Shown here piece after piece: positions 1-8,944 of a stretch of 48,937 nucleotides of DNA (positions are counted from its first letter, which is position 1; each line of letters starts with the position of its first letter). The position numbers and the translations under genes are program-made. The stretch covers positions 1-48,937 of the forward strand of contig JBIIYC010000001.1 in the NCBI GenBank assembly GCA_044347025.1. The letters are read 5' to 3'. The notes below the pieces were generated by a model. That model saw nothing but the letters and a program-made list of their open reading frames with translations. It was not told the origin of the DNA and searched no databases. The DNA comes from Bdellovibrionota bacterium (GTDB lineage Bacteria; Bdellovibrionota_C; UBA2361; OMII01).

Positions 1-20
1 CGCCGATTGCCTTTACCACG

Positions 21-659
21 ATGGCAGCCTCGGGTTGCGACTCTCTTTTGTTGTCCAGTCCCAAGCCTGTGCGAGAGGGCTCCTACCTTGTTCACGTGGT
101 GTCGCCAGCTGGAGGCGGGGAGGATATTGATACGATCCTGATATGGTACACGGGAACCGAGAACACCCGAAGTGTCGTAGAGGATGCGAACAAAGGAGTG
201 AGTTTAAAGCAGCTTCGCCCGGGTCAGCACATACTAATTCCGCGGAGTGTTGTCACGCAGATGAACCCGCTCCCTCGTAAAAAGTTCTCCTTTAGTCGCG
301 AGTCTGAGCGAGGGGTAGGATCGATCCCCTCCGAGCAACGCGCACCGTCGAAGGGCGCTCAGAACGTCGACCCTCTCGAGGACCTTTTGTCCAAACAGGA
401 ATCTAAGCAAGGAAAGAAGGTGTCAGCGGCGCCTCCTCAGAAGAAGGAGCCGTCAACCCGAGAAACGTTTGATATCGAAGATGAATCAAGTGCGACAACC
501 AACAGCTCTTCGCAGTCGCACATTGGAGGGAGAGAGGTAGGAGCGGTTGATCTCGACGCTGTCCTCAAGCAGGAGCAAGCCGAGGTGGATAAGTTACGTC
601 AGGAGATAGCTCCGATACAGGAGGTGCCCTCGTTTGATCCGGACGAGCACCTCCCGTAA
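21..659 (+). CDS. LysM-like domain protein with a charged, low-complexity C-terminal tail (may extend upstream of the window)
   Basis: ORF track 21..659. The N-terminal segment YLVHVVSPAGG..DIDTILIWYTG...VSLKQLRPGQHILIP resembles a LysM fold pattern. There is no in-frame stop between position 3 and 21, so the 5' end may be truncated by the window edge. Confidence 0.5.
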   Translation: MAASGCDSLLLSSPKPVREGSYLVHVVSPAGGGEDIDTILIWYTGTENTRSVVEDANKGVSLKQLRPGQHILIPRSVVTQMNPLPRKKFSFSRESERGVGSIPSEQRAPSKGAQNVDPLEDLLSKQESKQGKKVSAAPPQKKEPSTRETFDIEDESSATTNSSSQSHIGGREVGAVDLDAVLKQEQAEVDKLRQEIAPIQEVPSFDPDEHLP

Positions 660-669
660 TCGTTTCGCG

Positions 670-894
670 TCAGTGCGAATGTCCGCATGAGTGGCCGGTT
701 GCTGCTGGAGCTTTCTGTGCGCCACACTCGCAGGCACTCTTGTTATCACTCTTGCACTTGTCGCATGAGCATGATGCATCTGCAGTCGCGTGGTTGCCAC
801 ATGCACATGAGGCGGCTTCGGCGGCTGGCTGGGTTTGTTGGTGCGTGCAGGCAGTAAAACCTACCAGGCAAAGTGCAATAAAAACTCTCTTCAT
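670..894 (-). CDS. Small Cys/His-rich lipoprotein (metallothionein-like, putative metal-binding)
   Basis: 74 aa with signal peptide MKRVFIALCLVGFTA|C (lipobox-like). The mature part contains CAC, CSCDKC, CEC and HSCGHSH motifs: 8 Cys and 5 His in about 58 residues. Confidence 0.6.
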   Translation of the reverse strand: MKRVFIALCLVGFTACTHQQTQPAAEAASCACGNHATADASCSCDKCKSDNKSACECGAQKAPAATGHSCGHSH

Positions 895-1071
895 AGATCC
901 TTCCTGTGAGAAAGTGGTTGATTGGGCTGGCTACTTATTGCGCTAGCCCTCCTATGAGTATCGGTCCCTAAGGGGGAGTCCACAAGTGAGTATGGCCTTG
1001 TTTTATGCTTTTGCGTCGAGGGGTACGAGGATACACTATGCTACCGTGAAGCATAAACGAGGTTTTGCTCA

Positions 1072-2115
1072 ATGATTCCAACAAAGGCCTACGCAGCATT
1101 CGATCCGCAGACCCCCCTCAAGCCGTTTGAGTTCTCGCGGCGAACCCCCGGTGATCGTGACATTCTCATCGAGATACTTTACTGCGGTGTCTGTCACTCA
1201 GATATTCATCAGGCTCGGGACGAGTGGGGTGGCTCAGTGTTTCCGATGGTTCCTGGCCATGAGATTGTTGGCCGCGTAGCAGGCCTCGGCGCTCGGGTGT
1301 CTAAGCACAAAATTGGGGATCTCGTTGGGGTAGGGTGTTTCGTGGATTCTTGCCGCACCTGTCCGAGCTGTCAGGAGGGCGTTGAGCAATTCTGCGCAAC
1401 AGGTCCGTCATTTACCTACAACGGTACGGAGCAGGATAAAAAGACTCCGACGCAGGGTGGCTACTCCTCTCAGATCGTCGTTGATGAACATTATGCTCTT
1501 AAAGTGTCTCCGAAGCTGGATCTTAAGGCTGTAGCACCTTTGCTCTGTGCCGGAATTACGACTTATTCTCCTTTGCGGCATTGGAACGTTGGTAAGGGGC
1601 ACCGACTTGGCGTGCTCGGTCTCGGTGGTCTTGGTCACATGGCTGTTAAGTTCGGCGTCGCATTTGGTGCAGAAGTTACGGTCATCAGTACCTCGCCTCA
1701 AAAAGAAGCAGATGCAAAACGACTCGGTGCTCATGGTTTTTTGCTTTCAACTGACCAAGCTGCTGTGCAGCAGGCGGCAGAGCGGTTCGATTTCATTCTC
1801 GACACTGTATCTGCAGAGCACGACATGAATCAGACACTCAGTCTGATCCGACGCGATGGAACGCTTATCCTTGTTGGCGTCCCACCGAAGGCACCAGAAG
1901 TACACCCATTTTCTCTTATTCCACGTCGACGATCGATCGCTGGTTCGATGATCGGTGGAATTAAGGAGACGCAAGAGATGCTCGACTTTTGTGCTGAGCA
2001 CGGAATTGTATCTGATATTGAGCTGATAGATATTGCCTCGATCAATGAAGCTTACGACCGTATGGGTCGCGGCGATGTGCGCTATCGTTTTGTGATTGAT
2101 TGTAAGACGCTTTAA
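1072..2115 (+). CDS. Zn-dependent NAD(P)-dependent alcohol dehydrogenase (cinnamyl-alcohol-dehydrogenase / YahK-like subfamily)
   Basis: 347 aa. Catalytic Zn motif CGVCHSDIH..GHEIVGRV, structural Zn cysteines CRTCPSCQEGVEQFC, and Rossmann motif GLGGLGHMAVK. Confidence 0.9.
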   Translation: MIPTKAYAAFDPQTPLKPFEFSRRTPGDRDILIEILYCGVCHSDIHQARDEWGGSVFPMVPGHEIVGRVAGLGARVSKHKIGDLVGVGCFVDSCRTCPSCQEGVEQFCATGPSFTYNGTEQDKKTPTQGGYSSQIVVDEHYALKVSPKLDLKAVAPLLCAGITTYSPLRHWNVGKGHRLGVLGLGGLGHMAVKFGVAFGAEVTVISTSPQKEADAKRLGAHGFLLSTDQAAVQQAAERFDFILDTVSAEHDMNQTLSLIRRDGTLILVGVPPKAPEVHPFSLIPRRRSIAGSMIGGIKETQEMLDFCAEHGIVSDIELIDIASINEAYDRMGRGDVRYRFVIDCKTL

Positions 2116-2275
2116 ATCCGGGGTTTTTGTGTATGCTCGTATCGCGCAGCAACAAAGCCTGGGCCCGCAGTACAGAGACGACCAGGCGACTGTGGGGTGA
2201 AGCGCACATAGCAGCTAGAGGGGCATCGTCACCTGGGCTCACATGACGAATGAGAAAGATGTCGAATGGGAAAAA

Positions 2276-2348
2276 TGGACCTAAGCGGGGTCGAACCGCT
2301 GACCTCTACACTGCCAGTGTAGCGCTCTACCAACTGAGCTATAGGCCC
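2276..2348 (-). tRNA. tRNA-Ala (anticodon GGC)
   Basis: The reverse complement reads GGGCCTATAGCTCAGTTGGTAGAGCGCTACACTGGCAGTGTAGAGGTCAGCGGTTCGACCCCGCTTAGGTCCA. It folds as a cloverleaf with the G3:U70 Ala identity pair, anticodon loop CTGGCAG and T-loop GGTTCGA. CCA is not encoded. Confidence 0.9.
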
Positions 2349-2446
2349 CCAAACAGTGGCCGTCAGACTAATGGAAACAAAATACGGTGTCAAAGCCCGG
2401 TATATGTTTGATCCTTTGGGGGTTTTCCGTTAACGTACCCCCCGTT

Positions 2447-2523
2447 CGGGCTGTGGCGCAGACCGGTAGCGCGTTCCCTTGGGGTGGGAGAGGTCGGAGG
2501 TTCAAATCCTCTCAGCCCGACCA
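2447..2523 (+). tRNA. tRNA-Pro (anticodon GGG)
   Basis: CGGGCTGTGGCGCAGACCGGTAGCGCGTTCCCTTGGGGTGGGAGAGGTCGGAGGTTCAAATCCTCTCAGCCCGACCA. Acceptor stem CGGGCTG/CAGCCCG, anticodon loop TTGGGGT, T-loop TTCAAAT, and an encoded CCA. Confidence 0.9.
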
Positions 2524-2929
2524 AATTCCTCTTCGTTATTGTCCCTCGTCCTCGTAGTCGCAGCGGGGTTCTTTCCAAAAAAATGATGCACGGGTAGGTC
2601 GTGAGGCCAACGTGTCCGCAGAGTCCGGTACCTCAACCGGTTCGGTCTGTGCTTGTATCTCGGCTGGCTCAGGTGGTGCAGACCGGTGGGTCCAACTTGA
2701 GAAGATGCACCAGCCAAGAAGGCTCGCGCTCACAAAAAGGACCACTAAGGCACGGGGGTGCCGATATGCGCGGCGAACTAAGATGTAAGTCTCCTTAAGC
2801 AAGCTAGGGTAACCTCCCGTATGCTGTTGGTGACTACGGCTCCGACCATGGGTCTATAAGGTAAGATGCCGAATCGGGGCGCTTGGAATAGTCTTACCGT
2901 CAAAGAGTCGCAACTGCCTAATATTGCAG

Positions 2930-3226
2930 CTACTTTGAGGCCGGCGGCGCGGCTTTTTCGTCAGGTGTGTCGAGATTCTTAGTTGTATCGAGGCCGCTTG
3001 GCACTGGCGTTGCCGTTCGTTCGAGTACACACAAGCGTCCGCGGACGGCGTACCCCCTAGGACAACCTCCCCCCGTCACCATTGACGGCCTCGAAGGATC
3101 CCGCTCGGGGATGCAGTATCTCTCGTAGGCGCGAAATCCAGAGGGGCAGGTCATTGTCAGAGGAGTTTCCTCGGCCGCACAGGTGCTGATACTCAAAAGC
3201 ACTATACAGACAAGAGTTCGTCGCAT
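2930..3226 (-). CDS. Small secreted Cys-rich protein with an internal duplicated motif
   Basis: Uses the internal Met of ORF 2930..3442: MRRTLVCIVLLSISTCAAEE (signal peptide). Two copies of CPxG[FY]xxxxRxC[IV]xE follow (CPSGFRAYERYCIPE and CPRGYAVRGRLCVLE). The upstream part of the long ORF runs into the repeat element and is unlikely to be coding. Confidence 0.45.
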   Translation of the reverse strand: MRRTLVCIVLLSISTCAAEETPLTMTCPSGFRAYERYCIPERDPSRPSMVTGGGCPRGYAVRGRLCVLERTATPVPSGLDTTKNLDTPDEKAAPPASK

Positions 3227-3284
3227 TCGGAGCTCCAAGAGAGGTTCTGGATACGACCAGTGTGCGCTGAGCGTTTGCTTTCGT

Positions 3285-3472
3285 CCAGCAGGGTGGTGAA
3301 AAAAGGTTCCGTCGTGAGCATTTTGAGAGTTTAGGCGAAAGGAGGCCGAGATTCCGAAAAAACCGGAGGCGTATCCTCTAAGATACGCTGAGAATTTTTT
3401 CGGCGTCTCCAACGAAGTTGCAGCCAGACTATCAATATGCACAACAGAAAATCTTTTTCACCACCCTGCTCG
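3285..3472 (+). repeat. MITE-like near-palindromic repeat, copy 1
   Basis: Left end CAGGGTGGTGAAAAAAGG (from 3289) and right end CTTTTTCACCACCCTG (to 3468) are inverted repeats. The interior aligns with the copies at 20463 and 32931 (reverse complement). Flanks are CCAG / CTCG. Confidence 0.8.
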
Positions 3473-3482
3473 ATCGGAGTGT

Positions 3483-4418
3483 CTACTGCGTTCGGAAAGC
3501 GCGGCTCTGGTCGCCGAAAGAGGTCTGGACGAGGGGAGTGTCGGTGAATTGATACATAGAATTTACCGACACCGTTCCGAGTGGGCCAACGATCCGGCCG
3601 ACTAATTGGCCTGCATCGTTTTTCTGAGCAGCTACAATAAGAGCCGCCGGAAAGTTTTGGGCAAGAACGGATGAGGCGTTCACGAACATTCGTGCGCTCC
3701 ATGGGTCTCCTGGTTTGATCTGACCGGCAAGTTCGCAGTCGAAGGTCAGTTCGAGCACGTTCGACCAATAGACTGAGTCGAGCGCTGCATAGCGGTGATT
3801 GAGCATCCGCGAAACACTCTCTACCGACGCAGAGTCACAAAAATTAGCGCGCATGTTGAAGATCCGACCGTTTTTGGCGAGGTCTTGTATGTACGCAAAG
3901 CCCTCGTCTGTTGATAGCCAACTCCCCTCACGCTGAAGCTCTGCCTGCAGGCGTGCCCCCAGAGTTTTTTCCGGCTTTGATGGCCTGTGTGAGGAGGCAT
4001 GGAGATACTTCCCGCACGCTGAATCCAAAATAGTACGCTCAAGTACGCTGCAAAATTCGCGACGAGTTTGAGCTCTATTCGCCACGACGTCCAGCATGAT
4101 CGCTACAGCTCGTTCCATCGATTTGCAGTCATTTACTAAGATTCCGAAGTGTGAGCGACGAGCTACCATGATATCAAAGTTGCGCATGCTGGAGATCCCG
4201 AGATGACCCGAACCCTCGGCGGCCTTGCCGGCCTGTAAGTTCTCGTACACGGTGGTCGGCCAGTTCTCATTCGAGACGATATAAATTGCGGCGGCGCGTG
4301 TTGATTGAGGGCTGTGGTTTCGAGCAAATGCTTCTATATCGGAGCGCATGCCTGCTAGGTCTACACCACAGGAGCTGCATGATGGTCGGGTTGATAGCGG
4401 GGCGGTCATGTCATTCAT
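3483..4418 (-). CDS. Hypothetical protein (no domain recognised)
   Basis: 311-aa ORF with no overlapping alternative. It has a protein-like composition but no motif I can name. Confidence 0.55.
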   Translation of the reverse strand: MNDMTAPLSTRPSCSSCGVDLAGMRSDIEAFARNHSPQSTRAAAIYIVSNENWPTTVYENLQAGKAAEGSGHLGISSMRNFDIMVARRSHFGILVNDCKSMERAVAIMLDVVANRAQTRREFCSVLERTILDSACGKYLHASSHRPSKPEKTLGARLQAELQREGSWLSTDEGFAYIQDLAKNGRIFNMRANFCDSASVESVSRMLNHRYAALDSVYWSNVLELTFDCELAGQIKPGDPWSARMFVNASSVLAQNFPAALIVAAQKNDAGQLVGRIVGPLGTVSVNSMYQFTDTPLVQTSFGDQSRAFRTQ

Positions 4419-4558
4419 AACAGTCGGTCACCGGTGCCTCCGGAGTAAGCGCTTCTGTTATGACACGGTAACGTTACGGTGCAGCATCGGGGCCCATCGT
4501 TTTTCTCAATAAACAATAATACCCTATGGTTAGGCCCTGCTGGAGCCCGAGGCGCTCG

Positions 4559-6160
4559 CTACTTCGTATCGATGATGTACAGTTGCGACTCGGGGCAGTT
4601 CAGGGGCTTTTCCTGCATTGAAGGCGGATGCTCAGGGAGTGGTTGACGCCCCATGGTCACATTGAGGTCTGTGCCGCGGGCGGTGTAACCGACTTCAAGC
4701 CTTTCCAAAATCCGGTGGAATCGCGGCATATCGTTGGGTCGTTGCTGCTGCAAGGCCTGTTTGGCGCATTGAAAAAGCTCGTAGTTCTCAGACGAAGTAG
4801 CTTGATAGGTTTTGGTGAATGAAAACGCCGTTGGCTCCTGACGCGGATGAACGAGGTCCAGAAAAGTCGCCACATAAATATCATCCGTTATCATGTTTGG
4901 TGCCGACTGAGCTAGTCGAGCGAGATCCTCCTCCGGATGAGCAAGCTTGGATGAAATAAGGTCGTTAAATCGAAACACCTGACACATGTTGAGGACAAAG
5001 ATTGCGACCGTGAGAACGACCCAGCGAGTCGGTGATGACTTGCTGTGCAACATGGCAAGGGCGAGCAGAAAACCGATTACCATGACGCCCCAGTACTGCT
5101 CATAATTCACGGGTGTCACGAACCAGCCCGAGATTATTTGAACGTTCTCAACAGCCCATATTGAAGCAACGAGGGTGAGCGATATTCTCCTCATGTGCTC
5201 CGGAATAAGCGAACGAATAGCAGCATATGTTGCGGCGGCGACTATCCCTGTGCAGGAGATAACTGGTAGCCGAGTAACTACAAAGTACTGAAGGAGAGAT
5301 GGCTCGGCGAAATGTCGGAACAGAAGCATTCCGAGGGAAATTGCGACAAACGCGGTGAGGAGTCGTGTACAGAGGCTCCATCGTTTGGGGACCATCCAGG
5401 AGAGTGCGATGAACGCGACTGGTAGCCTCACAAATGGGTACAGTAGCGGTGTCGCCGCAAGTAGCACGAGAGGAGTTGAGATACCTAGAGGGAATATTGC
5501 CAGAATGACAGCGAGGATGAGCCACGAGAATTGAGGCTCCGGCGAGCGAAGCAACGGAATTTCTGGATTAAAAGGCATCGCGAGCCATTCGACCCATCCT
5601 GGGGAAAAGTGAAGATCTGAAAGCGCTGCTACGATGGGATTGGCAGGTGAAAAAAGAAGTGGCGTAACAAACACCAGAATAGCTCCCGCACGTGCACCAC
5701 GTGGTGAGTATCCGAGCCGAGTAAAAACTCTGGTTGTGCACAGGAGTATCGAGAAAGAGCAGATAACGTCAAACAAAACGTTAATGTATCCGCCACTGAG
5801 TCCGATTGTGTGAAGGAAATACACCAAACGGGACGACTCTCGGAGTCGACCTGAATCCTCGACCACGTAACGGGAGTACCACCACGACAGGTGGCTCGCT
5901 TCATCCATGCCGTTTGTGTAAAAGATGTACCCGTGTGTAGTGACCGCTTGGTAAATAGGGTAGGCGACAACACTCAGAATGATGCTAAGGTTGCAAATAG
6001 CGAATACTAGGGGAGAGATGCCGGAGTTCCGCGTTGCCATCTGTATATCGTAGCTCAGCTCTAACGCACGGAAAAGATAGTTCGCCAGGCGAGCGACGAG
6101 GCATACTAGCAGTGATTCGAGATCACTGCTTTTTGCTCTCTGCTTCCCAGAGCTTCGCAT
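4559..6160 (-). CDS. Large polytopic inner-membrane protein (possible glycan-processing or polymerase-like protein)
   Basis: 533-aa ORF with many hydrophobic segments (10 or more predicted by eye) and a soluble C-terminal region of about 130 aa. An alternative start at Met41 (coordinate 6040) would remove the 38-nt overlap with the upstream GT2 gene. Confidence 0.65.
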   Translation of the reverse strand: MRSSGKQRAKSSDLESLLVCLVARLANYLFRALELSYDIQMATRNSGISPLVFAICNLSIILSVVAYPIYQAVTTHGYIFYTNGMDEASHLSWWYSRYVVEDSGRLRESSRLVYFLHTIGLSGGYINVLFDVICSFSILLCTTRVFTRLGYSPRGARAGAILVFVTPLLFSPANPIVAALSDLHFSPGWVEWLAMPFNPEIPLLRSPEPQFSWLILAVILAIFPLGISTPLVLLAATPLLYPFVRLPVAFIALSWMVPKRWSLCTRLLTAFVAISLGMLLFRHFAEPSLLQYFVVTRLPVISCTGIVAAATYAAIRSLIPEHMRRISLTLVASIWAVENVQIISGWFVTPVNYEQYWGVMVIGFLLALAMLHSKSSPTRWVVLTVAIFVLNMCQVFRFNDLISSKLAHPEEDLARLAQSAPNMITDDIYVATFLDLVHPRQEPTAFSFTKTYQATSSENYELFQCAKQALQQQRPNDMPRFHRILERLEVGYTARGTDLNVTMGRQPLPEHPPSMQEKPLNCPESQLYIIDTK

Positions 6161-6914
6161 ATTTTAGCATCACTGCGTGTGCCTCGATGATGGCCACGAT
6201 GAACCCGGCGCGGCCCTCACGGAATCCCCGCTTGAGGATGAAAAACTTAAAAAAGCGGGCAAGTGGCCGGGCGACCAAATTGAGAATCGACGGCCTCGCG
6301 CCGCGCTGGATGAGCGTGTTGGTGGCGTTCGAGGAGAGGGTGTTCGACCGTCGCACATAATCGGTGAGGTCGGTGAACGAGTAGTGGAAGAGCTCGCCCT
6401 TGCAGCGCTTTGTGGTGCCCGAAACGAATGCCTTCTCATGCGGATCTTGCCCGCCCCAGCTTGTTACGCTTCGTCGACAGAACCGAAGTCGATACTCCGG
6501 ATACCACCCGCCCTTGCGCCACCACCGATCGAGGAAGAACACGACTCGATTAAGGTAGTAGCCGTTCGTGCTCAAGGTTCCGGCTTTGTCAGCGGCAGCG
6601 ATACTTTGTAGCTCCAGGGCTAACTCGGGAGAAACCTCCTCATCGGCGTCGATGTTAAGCACCCAGTCGCCAGTGCAGAGCCCCAGGCCGTGTCGCTTCT
6701 GGGCTACGTAGCCCTCCCAATCTCGGTGGACGATCTTTGAGGTAAATTCGCGACATATCTCCAAAGTCGAGTCGGTCGACCCGGAGTCAACCACAACGAT
6801 TTCGTCACACCACGCTACGCTCTGCAGGCATCGCCGAATCTGGCGTTCTTCGTTACAGCAGACAATGAATGCGGAAACAGTCGATCGGGGGGTGGAGTTC
6901 ATGCGGGTATTCAA
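6123..6914 (-). CDS. Family 2 glycosyltransferase (WaaE/KdtX-like)
   Basis: 263 aa. The N-terminal segment VSAFIVCCNEERQIRRCLQSVAWCDEIVVVDSGSTDSTLEI and the motif NIDADE are typical of the GT2 GT-A fold. Confidence 0.85.
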   Translation of the reverse strand: MNTRMNSTPRSTVSAFIVCCNEERQIRRCLQSVAWCDEIVVVDSGSTDSTLEICREFTSKIVHRDWEGYVAQKRHGLGLCTGDWVLNIDADEEVSPELALELQSIAAADKAGTLSTNGYYLNRVVFFLDRWWRKGGWYPEYRLRFCRRSVTSWGGQDPHEKAFVSGTTKRCKGELFHYSFTDLTDYVRRSNTLSSNATNTLIQRGARPSILNLVARPLARFFKFFILKRGFREGRAGFIVAIIEAHAVMLKYAKLWEAESKKQ

Positions 6915-7118
6915 TCGGGAAGCCGTCTCAAAAGCAAGGTGCTCAATCTGTCACCGACGGCGCAGGGTTGCCAAGCGAGGTGTTTAGGATCGTCGACCCC
7001 CAACTTTAACCCTCTATCCTGTCGACAGCTTCGGGTCCTTCATTGTAAAACTAGCACTTCCCGGCTGTCGGGATACCCGTCGTACCATCGGCTACCCTCA
7101 TTAGGAATGCAGGGCCAT

Positions 7119-8936
7119 ATGAACATCCTTGGAATATCCGCTTTTTACCACGACAGTGCTGCGTGCCTTGTTTCTGATGGCAAGATAGTAGCCGCCGCTC
7201 AGGAAGAGCGGTTCACTCGAAAGAAGCACGATCCGGATTTTCCTAAGAACGCAGCAGCCTACTGCTTGAGGCAGGCTGGGCTCACCATCAAGGATGTTGA
7301 TTACGTTGCGTTCTACGACAAGCCCTTATTGAAGTTCGAGCGATTGCTTGAGACGTATCTGGCAACAGCTCCAGCCGGTTTTACATCGTATGCGCGGGCA
7401 ATGCCGTTGTGGCTCAAGCACAAACTGTGGATCCCCGACACTATCAAGACTGAGCTTGATTATAGCGGTGAGGTGTTGTTCACCGAGCATCATCAGAGTC
7501 ACGCTGGATCAGCGTTCTATCCATCGCCGTTTCAGGAGGCTGCTATCCTGACAATTGATGGCGTTGGAGAGTGGACTACTAACAGCTTAGGCGTTGGAAG
7601 AGGAAATCAGTTTTCAATCACTCGCGAGATTAAATTCCCCCACTCGATCGGTCTGCTGTATTCAGCATTTACCTATTTCACTGGCTTCAAAGTTAATTCG
7701 GGTGAGTACAAGGTTATGGGACTCGCCCCGTACGGCGAACCCAAATATGTCCAGCAGATCTACGATAATCTCCTGGATTTGAAGGATGATGGGTCGTATC
7801 ACCTCAACCTCAAATACTTTAATTACATGGCTGGTTTGTCGATGACGAATGAGGGCTTCGATAAGCTCTTTGATGGCCCGCGTCGAAAGCCAGAGAGCCC
7901 GCTCACGCAGCGTGAGATGGATCTCGCAGCTTCGATTCAGGTCGTTGTCGAAGAGACGATGATCCGGCAAGCTCGCTACCTTCAACGCGAGACGGGTCTG
8001 CAGAACCTCTGCATGGCAGGCGGTGTTGCCTTGAACTGCGTTGGTAACGGTAAGCTCCTTAAGAGTAACATCTTCAAGAATATCTGGATTCAACCAGCGG
8101 CAGGCGATGCCGGTGGCGCTCTGGGTGCGGCGCTCTGCACATGGTACGGATATCTCGGTAACCCGCGACACACAAACGAGCAGACCGACTCGCAGAAGCA
8201 ATCGCTCTTGGGTCCTGAGTTCTCTGACGAGGAAACGTTGGCGCAGTTGGCGCAGTTCGGTGCCGTTACGCGCAGAGTTCAGGGCGATGAGCTCTTTAAG
8301 GTAACCGCAGATATCCTAGCCCAGGAGAAGGTTGTTGGGTGGTTTCAGGGCCGTATGGAGTTCGGTCCTCGTGCACTCGGAAGCCGCAGCATCATAGGAG
8401 ATGCTCGGTCTACGTCGATGCAGGCGAACATGAATCTTAAGATCAAGTTCCGAGAGTCGTTTCGCCCCTTTGCGCCAGCTGTTCTGCGCGAAGATGTTTC
8501 GAAGTACTTCGACCTTGACTACGACTCTCCGTACATGTTGCTCGTAGCGCCGGTGGCGGAGTCGCGGCGTCTACCTATGACGACAGACCAGGAAAAGCTC
8601 TTTGGTATTGCGAAGCTCAATGTGCCAAAGAGCGACATCCCGGCAGTAACCCATGTGGATTACTCGGCTCGGATTCAGACGGTGGCTGCCACCCAGCACC
8701 CCACTTTTTACAAGTTATTATCGGCATTTAAGGCCAAAACCGGGTGTTCAGTCTTGGTCAATACTAGCTTTAACGTGCGGGGCGAGCCTATAGTATGTAC
8801 GCCGGCTGACGCGTATGCGTGCTTCATGCGAACCAATATGGATGCGCTCGTTGTCGGCAACATCGTGATGTTAAAAGAGGAGCAACCAAAGTGGCAGGAG
8901 CGAGAAGATTGGCGGACGAAGTTCGAGTTGGACTAG
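7119..8936 (+). CDS. Carbamoyltransferase, NodU/CmcH family
   Basis: MNILGISAFYHDSAACLVSDGKIVAAAQEERFTRKKHDPDFP is the canonical N-terminus of this family. The C-terminal VLVNTSFNVRGEPIV motif is present. The ORF track extends to 6939, but the family-typical start is the ATG at 7119 (alternative 7107). Confidence 0.9.
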   Translation: MNILGISAFYHDSAACLVSDGKIVAAAQEERFTRKKHDPDFPKNAAAYCLRQAGLTIKDVDYVAFYDKPLLKFERLLETYLATAPAGFTSYARAMPLWLKHKLWIPDTIKTELDYSGEVLFTEHHQSHAGSAFYPSPFQEAAILTIDGVGEWTTNSLGVGRGNQFSITREIKFPHSIGLLYSAFTYFTGFKVNSGEYKVMGLAPYGEPKYVQQIYDNLLDLKDDGSYHLNLKYFNYMAGLSMTNEGFDKLFDGPRRKPESPLTQREMDLAASIQVVVEETMIRQARYLQRETGLQNLCMAGGVALNCVGNGKLLKSNIFKNIWIQPAAGDAGGALGAALCTWYGYLGNPRHTNEQTDSQKQSLLGPEFSDEETLAQLAQFGAVTRRVQGDELFKVTADILAQEKVVGWFQGRMEFGPRALGSRSIIGDARSTSMQANMNLKIKFRESFRPFAPAVLREDVSKYFDLDYDSPYMLLVAPVAESRRLPMTTDQEKLFGIAKLNVPKSDIPAVTHVDYSARIQTVAATQHPTFYKLLSAFKAKTGCSVLVNTSFNVRGEPIVCTPADAYACFMRTNMDALVVGNIVMLKEEQPKWQEREDWRTKFELD

Positions 8937-8944
8937 AGGACACC

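Noticed and set aside
2536-2802. 88-aa minus-strand ORF next to tRNA-Pro with one hydrophobic segment (ALVVLFVSASLLGWCIF)
   Set aside because: The start is a TTG that sits right on top of an AAGGAG-like sequence, not downstream of it. There is no recognisable motif. It lies in GC-rich spacer DNA where random ORFs are common. Too weak to call as a gene.
7662-8201. 179-aa ORF antisense to the carbamoyltransferase gene
   Set aside because: It is entirely embedded opposite a strongly supported CDS. It has no motif and a composition typical of antisense frames.
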